Origin: Callorhinchus milii
Lineage: Eukaryota
Direction: 5' to 3'
Assembly (NCBI RefSeq): GCF_018977255.1
Contig: NW_024704742.1
Coordinates: 48,920,001 to 48,984,000 of the forward strand
Length of the DNA: 64,000 nt
Positions within the stretch are counted from its first letter, which is position 1. The number at the start of each line of letters is the position of its first letter. Positions 48,786 to 61,889 of the stretch are shown here, piece by piece. The position numbers and the translations under genes were made by a program. The notes under the pieces are model-generated. The model ran no database searches. It worked only from the letters and a program-made list of their open reading frames with translations, and was not told the origin of the DNA.

Positions 48786-51700
48786 ATCATTGGCTTTGTC
48801 TGTTTGTGGGTCATTGTTGCTGTGTTCAAATTGGCTGCCATTTTCTAACAAACTGGCAGAGTGGACTGGACAAACCAAATAGCCTCCTATATCCCTAATC
48901 ACTGGTGTGGATGGGAATATCTGTTTTTTGGGGGGAGAGCATAATTTAGTGCCGCCTAGAATCCTATACACAACACATACAATATGGGGTAAGTGGAACC
49001 TAAATTCAGGGTCCAAAAATATTCATAAATACTGAATCTTGCACATAATGTATAATGTCACACTGACCAGCTGCTCTCACTCAATCTTCTCCCGAGTGCA
49101 TCGTAACAGAGTTTCCGTGGTGTGGTATGACACACATTGTTGCTTTCAGCATTCAATGTTTATGTTGCAAATAGCACATTTTTAATTGTTAAAACTCTTG
49201 AACATGCCCCTCAGAAAAGGCCTGAAATGTCGCTCACTCTTTGCCTGCAAGAGCATTTTGTCTGAAAAATTTAAATTGTGGAATATCTTTAAACACAGTC
49301 TTAATTTAGAAGCTTTTTTTAAAGAACTGTGTAAAACTGGTTTCTAAATTAAGAATGAATTTAAGCATTTTTCACAATTCTACAGGATCTGAAATTTTAA
49401 GACAAAATGGTCTTACAGGCTCACACCAGGTGGAATTTCAGGCCTCATGAGTTCCCAAGCATAAACACAGGTTTTATAATCACAGAAGATATGGAGTTTT
49501 CTTGCACCAAAGTTTGCTGGACCGTTACATGAAGGGATATGTTCATACAGCAACGGAGAAGAAAAAAAGAAGTCAATGGGGACATGGTCAAATATGAAGA
49601 TGTTTCTAAAAAGCAATGTGAGCAACAGGGGAATACTTTCTATCAGAATCAGGGAAAAGATGTGGATGATGCAATCTGCTAATGTACATTAGGTCAGGAA
49701 TTAACTGTGCACTCTGTTGAATTCGTAGGTTGATGCCAAAACTGACAGAATTGTTGATCACAATGTACATTGCATTTTACTGTATCATTTACGACTGATA
49801 TCTAAAATGTCCTAAGATGCTGATGTATATGCAATGAAGATTATTCATTTGTGATATTATTCGCAATAATGTTAAGAATTATCTTATGATTGATGTCTGT
49901 CATTGACAATGTCCGCATAAATATCTAACAATGTCACACACCAGCTGTGTGTTCAGACACTGGCAGCTGTCCTGCATACAATTGTAACAAACGCCGCATC
50001 ATTAAATGGTGCAAATGCATTTGCTCTTATTACAGAATAAGAAGATACACCTTGCATGACGAGTTCTAAAGCAGCTGTGAGTCCCTGGCATTCAGATCAG
50101 GCCAACATGAACAGTCTAATTTGGCAATTCCCTTGCCTAACTGGTTTATTGTCCCGGATCAGTAACTTAATTTAGGTCTGACCACTTTGGGGACAGTGCC
50201 ATGTAAATAGAGCATAAGATCAAAATGAATTTAATCTGCTGTGTGAATGGATGGACTACATGTGTTCGATTCACTCTGGCACGCATTTGGCCCATATCTT
50301 CCTTAAGTTATTTCAGGTGGAAGTACTGCAACCTTTCATTTTGTGGCCTTTTTTGAGGATGTTCACCAATGAGTCATGGTACGTTGTATTTTTTTATAGA
50401 TGTTTACAAATGTTGCTAGGAAATCCTAATCTGCTTATCTAATTTGTAGAAATCAATATCATTTTAATGTTGCCCCTGTGTGAATAATCTATTCAAACTA
50501 AATTATGTTAAGTAATAATAAAATTAAGGATAGAAGTACACCATTAGAATACAAATAGAATATAAACATTACTGAACAATACTGTAGAAACAAACAAGTG
50601 CTGTTTTGCCAAGGACTGTGAGAAAATAACAAGCAACTAGAAGTGCAAAAAAATGTATTCAATTCAATTGTTTACATGTAGACATGAATGAAATAAAATT
50701 TCACCTAGGTCTAGATTTACTCTGTTAATACAGCATTACAGAGTGTGCAGAATTTGGCAAATTGTTGAATTCAGTTTTAACATTAAATCCTGGGAAGCGA
50801 TTTTGAGATGTTGTCCTGATATGAAACGAATTACATGTATCAAATGGAAGGATTATTATTAGTAGTAACTTTAATGTCCATTTTCTGCAGTTCTTGAGAA
50901 AGCCTGTAGAAATTTGGCTTCAAAATTAAAGACTATTTAAGAAATTGATAAAGTATATGTTATATGTTTTGAAATATTATATAAATAGAGGAAATGTAGA
51001 CCCAAGTGGAATTTCTACTCAGAAGTATATTGACGTTGATGTGCCTTTAAAGTCCTTGGCGGCGAACTAGTCCAACTACAAAATGTGGTTATGCATCATT
51101 GCAAGCAGCATTATAGGCAGTGTATTGAAAATATTTTAGTGATATTAAAATATTTGATTTTGATGTACACTGACTGTGCGGTAAAAGTGAAGACATTCAT
51201 TACAAAATGTGTGGAGCAAACACCCGTTGGCAGTTTAAGAATTTTATGCAGAATGATTTGCATAAGTGCATTTTGCCTACAGCCTGAATTGTATTTTTTT
51301 AATATTTTATTGTACATTTTTTTGAAGAATTGTATCTTTTTCATATGCTTTATCAGTAGCAATATATAAGAAAGGAGGATTTGTGCTTAAATACTGTACT
51401 CCTCAATTGTGAAATACATATCTTTCACATAAACTTGTCAGGCAATTCAATGGTTTCAGTTAGACGCGAAGAACGTGTTTCTTAGCATGCAACCTAATTT
51501 AGATTAGGTTTTCACTCAGCTATTTTTCTCTCTATAAAAGCATCATATTCGTTAACCATGTGATTTAAAAATGTCGGCTTTGTATTGCCCTGTGAATTAT
51601 TAATCAAATTATTAATCGAATGGCACTAGAGTATCAGTGTTAGATACCAGCAGATATTGAAAGATCAGGTGAGTGGGCAGGAAGTATGGCAAATGCACTT

Positions 51701-54001
51701 CAATGTGATCAAATATGAAGTACAGCATTTTAGCTGATAAATAAGAGAGGAGGTTGGTCATATAATTTATTGCAATAGCCAATCAGGAACTCTGTGTTAT
51801 TTGTTTCTAAGGTTTTATCTTAGTTGAACTGGACTAATTCAGTCAACCTAGGTAATTTAAGACCAATTTTGGACAGTGTAATCAGTTCAATTGTACACTT
51901 GCTTCACATAACCTCAGCTCAGGCTTCCCTTGGTTGATCATGGAATCTTGCCTCCTTTTATTCTTTGTAATTTCTATTTGTGTGAATTGAGTAATGTCTG
52001 CTTTTCAGACTTGAATGTCATTTGGCAAAGTTGCCTTAGTTCCTATTGCAACCAAAGCCATACAATGATTGTAAAAAATTATACTGCCAATCATGAAAAG
52101 AGCAAAAAAAAAAGTCCCCTAAAGATTCACCTTCAGTATATAAAGCCCAACTTGTGCCTATAAATGCATAATCACTATACTTTTGGAAACTTTGTGAATG
52201 CTTTGAGATGTTATTGGTCCTATAACAAATGCAAGATTTATTCTTGTAACATATCAGGATACTTACAACCTTAGCCACAGGTATTACGTTTCTAAATTTG
52301 CTCTGTCATTGTATTCAGAATTAAAGCAGAATGAGGAGGTCATTTTTGTAGGCACAGTGCCAACTAATCTGAAAAACATCTACAAGGGTTCAATTGAGGC
52401 TCCATCTCTCACTTTGTACCAATGCTAACATATCAACAGTTATTAGAGACAATTGGCTTTTCACACACAACAAACACAGATACTTAGACATGGTTATTCT
52501 GTATTTGATTAAATAGTTTACCAAAATATTTGTTAAAGCTACAAGCATGTGCACTAACTATATTCCACAGAACACAAACACAAATTATATTCTCATTAAA
52601 GAGGAGCTATAATTGTGACTTGACTTACTGCATGGGCGAAACTGCATTACCCTTCATGGATTTCCTTTATTGGAGAATCAAAACTAAAACTTCTTGCAAG
52701 ATATGTGCATTGGTTAAACATAATTAGAATCATTCTATTAACATTATTTTAATTTAAGTTAAAAACCTTTTAGACAGACCAATTTATTTTACAGATCTGG
52801 AAGTCCTGGGAGCAAATTAAATCCATAAATTAAAAAGAATAATCATACAATTATTTAACACATCGGAAACTCAAAATTATGGAAATAAATAAAATTACTA
52901 CAGGCAAATAATGCAAATTCCCTGCAAACTGAAAGCTTGGCGTGTCTCTCATATAACTTGGAATTTATAGAGACTTGAAGATGAGGGGACTTTGAGACTT
53001 TTCAATGTGACAAAGAGTTCTAAAAATCTAAGTTTTTTTTGGCCTATTGAGCTAACCTGATAGTTTTCAAAACATATTTACCTTCTAGCTTTGCCCTTTC
53101 ATACATTGTGATTTCCAAACCATTAAGAAGGGGTAAATTAATTGTGAGTGACAAAAGTAAGAATGCCGAGAGAGATTTCAGAAATGAAATAATCATTGTG
53201 AGAAGCTGTCACATAACCTATCATTGTGAAACAACAACAACAAATTACAGTTGTATAGTGCCTTTCATGTTGGGAGGACGAAAATTTAATCCTTCAAGGA
53301 ATTTATCATTGACCAGAATCATTTGCGTAAATACCCTATTAAGCATGGCTGGCACTTGTTGCACAAGGTGCAGGGAGGACATATCCTCCCAATGTGAAAG
53401 GCACTATATAAACGTAAGTTTGTATTATTATATTGATCTGCTAAATGGTGTTTTCTTGCTTTATGCTTTTTACATGTTCTTGGGTAAGTGCAGAAAAATC
53501 AAATCAAGCAATATCTTATTACTGTATTGTAATAATTACTGTACCACCAATGAGATGTATGGAATGTATGGTGTTACATTTCACCAATAATTAAATCATA
53601 ATGTCTAAAAAAATACAGTCGGATGTTTTGGTCAAATGCGTATATTGCAACAAACTAAATAGCATTAAACACTAACCAGGTCTGAGTTAATTACATAGAA
53701 CGTACGTCTGAGTAAGGATTCTTTTCACTCAGCTTCTGGTAATCCTGCAAGCCAAAGCCCAAGGGTAGCGTGGTCCTAGCTAGACAAGCAGCAGGAAGCT
53801 TACCAGACATTGCTCTCAATGGTACGCTGTGCGGTTTTAGCTGGTTAGACACCAGCAGGAGTCCAAAAGATACCCTGAGATCCCCAAGCCTTGGCTCTTG
53901 CCAACCTGCGCCGCATACGCTCTGAAATTAGGTAAGCAGGCTGCGTCCCGCTAGGGAGAGAGTGCCAAACAGAGGAATATTTCCATATATAGATGGCATA
54001 T

Positions 54002-54280
54002 ATAATAATAATAATAATCCTTGCATTTGATATAGCGCTTTTCACATCTTCTAGACGTCTCAAAGCACTTCACAGAATAGACTGTAAAGTGAATTGACTA
54101 TATATTGTGGGCGAAACGCGGCAGCCAATTGCGCACAGTAATGTCCCACAAACAGTCGTGGATTGAAGTGACCAATTTATGATTGTTTTGTTTTGGAGGG
54201 ATTATTATTAGGCGTGTGGAGTAAGGAAACTTGCCCAAGGTTTCACCCTGCCTGGAATTGAACCCAGTTGTCTCGCTTCC
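54002..54280 (-). mobile_element. tRNA-derived SINE family A (well-preserved 3' part)
   Basis: (ATA)n-TCCTTGCATTTGATATAGCGC...GCGGCAGCCAATTGCGCACAG...GGAATTGAACCC, the reverse complement of family A. Confidence 0.88.
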
Positions 54281-57200
54281 ACTGAGCTACGTGCAACTCT
54301 CAGTCTGGTCAGGATTCTCTTAACCACGGTGATGTTTTTTTGTGTGTCAGAAAAAACATGAACATTACAGCATGGAAACAGGCCATTTGGTCCAACTTGT
54401 CCACGCCAATGTTCATTCTCCACTGAAATGAAACGTGACTCCATTGATGTTTGCTCATTGCATATGAAAGTAATTAGTATTAGAGATCCCGATTGATATT
54501 GTATTTAATGTTTACTTTTATGTATATAATTTGACCTATTTCTGTAATAAAGATAACACAAAGCTGAGCTAAGATCATATCCTATGAAGACGCACAGAAA
54601 CAGTTGCCATTAGCAGCTGATAATGGCAACAAAATGGCGATGTTGAAATCTTTGAACCAGCATCAGGCTAAAACCTTTATGTTAAAGTTGGGATGGGTGG
54701 GGATAAGGGGGGAGTCACACCCACAGGCTTCCATGATAGATTGGAAATTGTGATGTTTTTAACAGATTGACTACAATAATTATCACATCTATTAAGAATC
54801 ATCATAATTTTCACCCAAGCATGTACCTGTAGTAGCTTTTGTTTTTGGTCTGTCTGCACTTGAAGGCAATGTCTGGGAGTGGGGGTGGGGGGGGGGGGGA
54901 GGGGGAGAGAAACCTTCAAAAATGTACTCTGAAAATAAAATTCTGTTCATCTAGATCAAAGGAGCCCGACTTCATAAAATAACTATGGCTTGGGATTTCA
55001 CATATCCCATTACGTTCAACCTGGAATTGAAAAATTACTTTGGTTTATCTACTATTATGGTGCAGAAATGCTAATGTGGGCCTTAGAGGGCAGGTATATT
55101 TCCCCTGCTCATTTGACAAAATGTGAAACCCATTCAGTAAAATCCAATAAATGCAATAATCACAGTCTGCTGACACTAAAGAAAAAGGACTTTATTTGCT
55201 GTTTCTTTTATGCAGCAATTACAGGTCCCTATAGATTTCCAAATCGGATCAGCACAGTGAATTAGACTTGCCATTACCTGTGAATGTGAGCCTTTGGATC
55301 CATATTTGTTTTAGGTTCTGCTTAAATCAGCAAGAATGATAAATCTGATGGTGTAAAATTGGAAATGTCAAGGGCATTCTGCAATGGCAGCTGTAATTTA
55401 TTGTGACCCATCTTTGTACATGCATTTTATTGCAAAATATGAGACAATGTTTGTTTCAATTTAAATTAAATTATCCTTTTCATTATTTTGTCCCCGTTGC
55501 TGTCACCACTGTCAGATTTTTATATAATTTTTATTTTAGAATTCCCAATTTGTTCATTGTTTCTAGGCCTTGTTCAGAAAGACATGTATTATTTAACAGT
55601 TTATTTCTCTACTGGATAAAATTTATACAATTTTTCAACATTATTCGAGGTAATCACAGAGGGAGAATTGGATTTTGTCCTGGATAATTTTGAAAATATC
55701 TGCTCAAAAAAAATTTAAGTGAACAAAAGATTGCATTAATAAATAAAACACTGAAACTCAAACTTGTAAATTAAAGATTTTTCAAGTGATATAAACTAAC
55801 TGTAGTTTTTAACTCTAAACCTGCAAACCTTTCAAAACTTGATGTGAAATGAGACCAGACATAGATATGATATATGGGATAGTTCAACTGAATGTGTGGA
55901 CTGCAAAACAGAACTCAACATGTCCAGTGTTGATTAACCCTTCACTTGCTGAAAATAGAGAACCAAACACAGCTCAAAGCTGTGACTATCATTTAAAGAG
56001 AGCAAAAAGAGGATAGTATTATTGTTTCCGTCTCAAGACATTCCTCTTTGACTGTGTTTTCAATCATTTTTCCCTTCCTCACTCCCTTCAGTTTCCACTC
56101 TCAGCTTAGGTGCCCAACCAACAGTCTTAAGGATTTCAGACATCCTCCTGATGTGAAAGGTCCTAAATAAATGTAAATCATATTGTGGTGTATTGATACG
56201 AGTGTTATGGGGTTCTAGTTATATGTCGATACTTGAAAGGAAAGCAAGGACTATTTTCACTAGAACACAAAATATTAAGGAACGAATCTAATAGCAATTT
56301 TCAATATGACGAATGTATTGGTAAAGTAAATACAGAGTGAGAGGGAATATTTTAACTGCTCTGTGAGTAGGTAACAAGCAGGCATAAATCAAGAATAACC
56401 ATCAGAATAAAAAGCGGGAAGTTAAAAGATTTTTTCCACAAAAAGCTTTGTTGAAATGTGAAATACAATACAAATTTACATTTATAAGATGCCTTTCATG
56501 TCCGGAGTATGTCCCAAGGTACTTGACAGACCTGGCTTGGCATCCGAGCTGGGGGTGATGAGGGAAAAGATTATGGAAGATGCAATCAAAGAGAAGGTCT
56601 TGGACAGAATTAGAAAGATCTTGAGGAAGACCTTGAAGGAGGCCTTGAATTTCAATACCTTGAAATTTACAGTGCAGAAGGAGGCCATTCAGCCTATCAA
56701 GTCTGCACTAGCTCTTAGAGCAAGTTGTCCATTTAATCCTACTGCCCTGCACCAAACCTTTATTTATATTAGGTTTTGTCTCACAGATTTTGTGCAGCAG
56801 TCCCTCAGATAAAATAAGTCAGTTGGGACATTACTGTGCCCAAATTGGTTGCTGTATTCTTCTACAAAATGCACAGTAACTACACTTTACAGTAAATACT
56901 GTGAAGTGCTTTGGTACATTCTCCCAAAGTGAAAGGAGTTATATTAAATGGAAGGATTATTAAGTTCTGAGGCACTCTGATTCTTAAGCAAAATGACATT
57001 TAAGACTGTTAAGTGCTCCAACTCACTCAAACTACTGGCAATAGATGTTGCTGCTGTTTTATTACGCAGCTAAATTATTCTCTATGTTGAAGTGCTATCT
57101 AGCCCTACTTCATTCGGCTTTTTCTGTCCAGTACAATAACACTGATATTTGAGAATATTTGAGATGGAAAATCACTAGCAGGCTTACTTACAGTTTAGAT

Positions 57201-58339
57201 ACAAATCCAATAATCAGCTCAACTGGTGATTTCCTACTTTTGTCTAAATCTATTACATGTATAATTGAGTCCCAGTGCAAAACACAACATAGTGCATTTA
57301 AATACAGTATACAGTAATAAAGTTAGTGTTCTAGTAAATATCACTGAGTACTGGAATAAGATGATTGCCCCTCATATTCTTAAGGGCAGGAAGGATATTT
57401 CCAGGAAAACATCTTGTTTGGATATATTATTTTCATAATGCTTAAGAAAAAACATTTAACACTGTAAAACATTTAATACTGTGGTGATACTTCATGAGAG
57501 TGCAGTAACAAATGTATTCTATAAAGTTGTGTTACCTTTATTTATGCGCAAGCAGTGACAAATTCATGAAACATCAGAATGCTTAGAATACATCACAAAG
57601 ATATTCAGTTAATGGAGAATAATCGCCATCATACTTTGGAATAATCTATTCAGAAACCTTTAAGTTGCTCCATTTCTAGTTTTATTTTTGACTAAGGTGC
57701 TATTTATTATTTAACTCAGGCAGCCAATATTGGCCTGAATCAAACAATTTTAATTTGTGTAATATTGTCACAAATGTTAGGAGTCTGTGTGGAATGAGAT
57801 TTTTTTTTATATACTGTTTGTTCCTATGATGTATTGATTAATCTATCCTTGTATTGGTTCATTTCAGTTTGTTTTGGCTTCCTCTCTCCTGTTTGAAATT
57901 ACCTTGTCTTTGAAGAACGTCAGATATTCAAATATTGGCAATAGTGTACTTACCTCTGGAAATCCATGGTTAGATGTTCATTGAGTATAAGAAATGAAGG
58001 AATACCCATCGTCTTATCCATAAAGGAGAAGCTGCTGTTCAATACAATCCAATGTAGAATTGCTTCAAGGTAATTGAGAGAGAATAGCCTATAGAGAAGT
58101 CTGAAACTTCAGCAGGGCACACAGCAACTAGTTAGAATGTCAACCTAGATTGTGCTCTGCACAGTTTACAGATAAGGAGAAGGGTTTTCTCTTATAGAGT
58201 TATTTCTTATATTCAAGGAACATCTAACCATCTCCAGAGGCAAGGTGCACTATTGCCAATATTTGAATATCTGATCCAGACAAACTGGAGAGCACTCACT
58301 GTCAGGGCTCATACTGTCAACGTGACATACAACACGCTC

Positions 58340-58722
58340 ATGTCTGGCTCAGTTGGTACCATTCTACATCAGAAGATTTTGTGTTTGAGTCCCATGTTGG
58401 GTCTTTGAACTCGCAATCTATGTTGACTGTCCGATGAGATGCTGGGGAAGTGCTGCATTGTTGGATGTATCATCCTTTGGATGAGACGTTGAACCAAGGT
58501 CCTGTCTGCCTATTTAGATGAATGTTAAAGATCCTAATGATCCCTCAAATAAAATTGGCCATTTACTTCACGGGTGTTTGTGGGACGTTGCTGTGCACAA
58601 ATTGACTGCGGTGTTTGCCTACAAAAACATAAAGTAACTACACTTCACAGTGAATCCTGTGAGCAGCTTTGAGATGTTCTTCCAACATGAACAGTGCTTT
58701 GCCAAATGCAAGGATTATTATT
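58340..58722 (+). mobile_element. SINE family B (SacSINE1/DeuSINE-like), near full length
   Basis: TGGCTCAGTTGGTA A box; core GTTTGTGGGACGTTGCTGTGCACAAATTGACTGCGGTGTTTGCC; tail CAAATGCAAGGATTATTATTA. Confidence 0.82.
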
Positions 58723-59042
58723 AGACACGGAGAATGGACATTTGGCTGAGGTACCCTTGGGCAGCTAGCTGGTGCTTGTGGAAACATTAGGATTAGGCAG
58801 GAAAAGAAAGATAAAGCAACAAAATGATGGTAAGGAAACACTATGTACATTTTATGAATGATATATATAAACTGATAAAGTACATGATGAAGTGAAAGTG
58901 CAGACACAACAGACTGTCTCATTCCTCAGACTTCCTGCTGACTGTTCAATGGCACAATACAATGACATTGAATCTCTTTTAACGGGTTCAGTAATAAAAT
59001 CAGTCATTAGTGTGTCTTGCATTATATGTGCATTCATGAATA

Positions 59043-59450
59043 TTAATCCTTGCATTTGTTATGGCATCTTATCACATCATCAAAATATTTTTACAGGATT
59101 TTACTGTAAAGCGTAATGACTGTATTTGTGGATGAACATGGCAAATAATGGTTACACAACAATGTCCCATAAACAACTATGAAGCGAATGACTAATTTTA
59201 TCTTAGCTGGAACAACCCCCCCCCCACTTCTCTTTTCTAATCGTGCCCTTGGGATCTTTAACATCCATCTGAACAAGCAAACAGGACCTTGGTTTAACAT
59301 CTCATCCGAAGGCTAGCACCTCCAACAATGCAATGCTCCCGCAGTATTGCACTGGACTATCAACCTAGACTGTGAGCTCAAAGTCCTACCATGAGGTTTC
59401 AACCCAGAACCTTCTGACTCAGAGTGCTACTAACTGAATTAGTTTGACAC
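59043..59450 (-). mobile_element. SINE family B, inverted relative to 58340-58722
   Basis: Reverse complement of the same head, core and tail. Confidence 0.8.
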
Positions 59451-61129
59451 CTAAATATTTCTTGTCCCACAATGGTATTTAATTGGATCATGGAACTCGA
59501 CCAACTCTTGCAGTGGGCATGTGTCGGCGCATCAGTGTTTCATTATGTTTGGCCTTTTAAATTTGCATTTTTAAATGGTTATGGAAGTCAAAACTACAAT
59601 ATTTGCATCTTCTTCCAAGTGTGACAGAACAGTTTCTAAGGGTTGGGATAACACAAACGTGGTTACTGGCAGATTCAATATTTAAGTCCTTTTTGAATCC
59701 TGTTGGGAATGCCACATTTTAACCCCGCAATAACTTTTTTTTATAATTGATGGCTAATAATTATCTCGATACTTCCCCCCAGCCCTTAAGAAAAATGAGA
59801 AGGTCTGGAGGGAATTTTCACTTACTGTGCTGAACACACTAAGGGAAAAGTGAACAGAGACCAATGATGGTACTACTTAAGAGAGGCAGGATGGACCTCA
59901 GGAAGTGTTATCACAAAGCTCACTGACGGACAGCCTTACCTGCTTGTTTTAATTGTTTTTAAAATGGAAAGTTTAAGCAGCACTGACATGCCATAAATGA
60001 CCCTCAGTAAGATGTGGTGGTGGTGGCTGTCGGTGATAATAACATCCTAACAACAGACTGAGAGAAAATCTTTAAACAACAGTGAAGATGACCTAAGATG
60101 GAGGATGATAAACCGATTATGTATTTTACTGTAGACTAACGGATCGCCACTTGATATCTCTTCCGGACAATGTTTTTTTGGTCAGCCAGGTGTCTGACAC
60201 AGGCAGAAACCCAGTAACAAATAACCAACACGACCAACAACAACAATTTGCATTTTCACACTTTCACACAGGGAAAATGCCCAGTGCTTCACAAAGATGG
60301 AATGGCCTAAGCTGGCCACATTCACCACCACTTACACAGTCACTACACCTTACAGTAAAATCCCGTGAAGCACTTTGAGACAATCTCCCAACGTGAAAGG
60401 CGCTATATGAAATGTAAGAGTTATTATTATTTTATGGTGCCAGCAGACAACATGCCTGTATTCGACACTAACTTGCTGAATTCCTACTCCTCAGAAATCT
60501 ATGTTAACATCTTTTAGCAACAACGGAGTAAAAGGCCAATGTATCTTGTTAAAGGGATTAGGAAAGTGATTAGGAAAGTGATTGTTGCTACATTGCTCAC
60601 TAGAAAAGAAACATTTAAAAGTGGGTTATTAACAGTAGGTTTGATCTGGTCCTAGTGAATTTAGCAGCAGCAAAGATTTCAGTTATTATATCCACAGCAG
60701 CTAGAAATGTAGAGCTCAGTAAAATAAAAGATAAACAGATTTTTTAAAAAAATGGGATTTATTCACTGGAGGAGAGAATTTTAAAGAACTGTTCTGAATT
60801 TTCAAAGGTTTGAGAAAGTAAGTAGTGAAAGATCATTCCCTTTGGTTGATGGTTAGTGAATCAGCAATAAAAGGCAAAAACACAAGTTCATTATTTATTT
60901 GTCACATCCAGGCTAGATTACAGCAACTTTCTGATTGCTGGACTATCCGTCTCTTCTCTTCACAAACTGCAGATAAATCAAAACTCTATAGCTTGTGTCC
61001 TCTCCTGCACTAGGCTCTATGAGCCTATTACCCCCACCCCCTTACAGTATATTCTGTGAAGTGCTTTGAGAAGTCTTGAAGACGTGATAAGGCGCTATAT
61101 TAAATGCAAGGATTATTTTTATTATCCTC

Positions 61130-61530
61130 ATCTGGCCCCACTGACTTCCCATTCCCCAGCGGATCAATTTCAAGATCCTCACCTAATCTTGAAATCCCTC
61201 TATGGTCTTGCCACACTCCTCAAAACCTACTAACCCAGTGTTTCCCTCCACTCACAAGGCACCGGCTTGCTTTACATCCCAAGCCCCACCATCTCTTTTG
61301 GCCTTTCTTCCCCAACCCATCCTGGAGACCCTTCGACTCATCCCTTCCTTCACCTCCTTCAAGGTCTGCTTCAAGACCTTTCTCTATAACCCCATTTTCA
61401 GCCATTTTTCCCCTCCTCGTCCTCTATCTCCTTGGGCCCTACCTCCAGCTCAGGTGCAAACCTTAGACTGTTCAGTAACTTGTGACATCCTCCCAACACG
61501 AAAAGCACTATATAAATGTAAATTTCTATT
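61130..61530 (+). mobile_element. L2 LINE 3' fragment
   Basis: TTCAAGATCCTC...CTCCTTCAAGGTCTGCTTCAAGACC...AGCACTATATAAATGTAAAT. Confidence 0.75.
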
Positions 61531-61648
61531 GTATTTTATAGATGTATAAGGAGGGAGGTTGGATTGTGGAGTGTTTTATAAAGTGGCCATTCGAACTAAG
61601 GTAATTATGCCATTTCAAGGAAATTAGATAAATACTTGAAAAATACAA

Positions 61649-61889
61649 GGGGAGAAATATCACCTGGGCTTAGATTTACTTTATTAACATTGCATTCCAG
61701 CGTGTGCAGAATTTAGCAAATTGGTGAATTCAGTTTTAACTTTGAAGCCTATTTTCTGTTGTTCTTAAAATAAACTTACAGAAAACCGACTTCAAAATTA
61801 ATAACTGTATTTAAGAAGTTGACAAATCCTGGAATCTCTAAAATGTTAGGATATTAGAGTAAATCTAGACCCAAGTGAAAATTCTATCC
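61649..61889. mobile_element. Palindromic MITE (non-autonomous DNA transposon), best copy
   Basis: Left end GGGGAGAAATATCACCTGGGCTTAGATTTACT; reverse complement of right end GGATAGAATTTTCACTTGGGTCTAGATTTACTCT. Inverted similarity continues internally. Other copies at ~35270-35488, ~35635-35982 and ~50690-51020. Confidence 0.75.
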
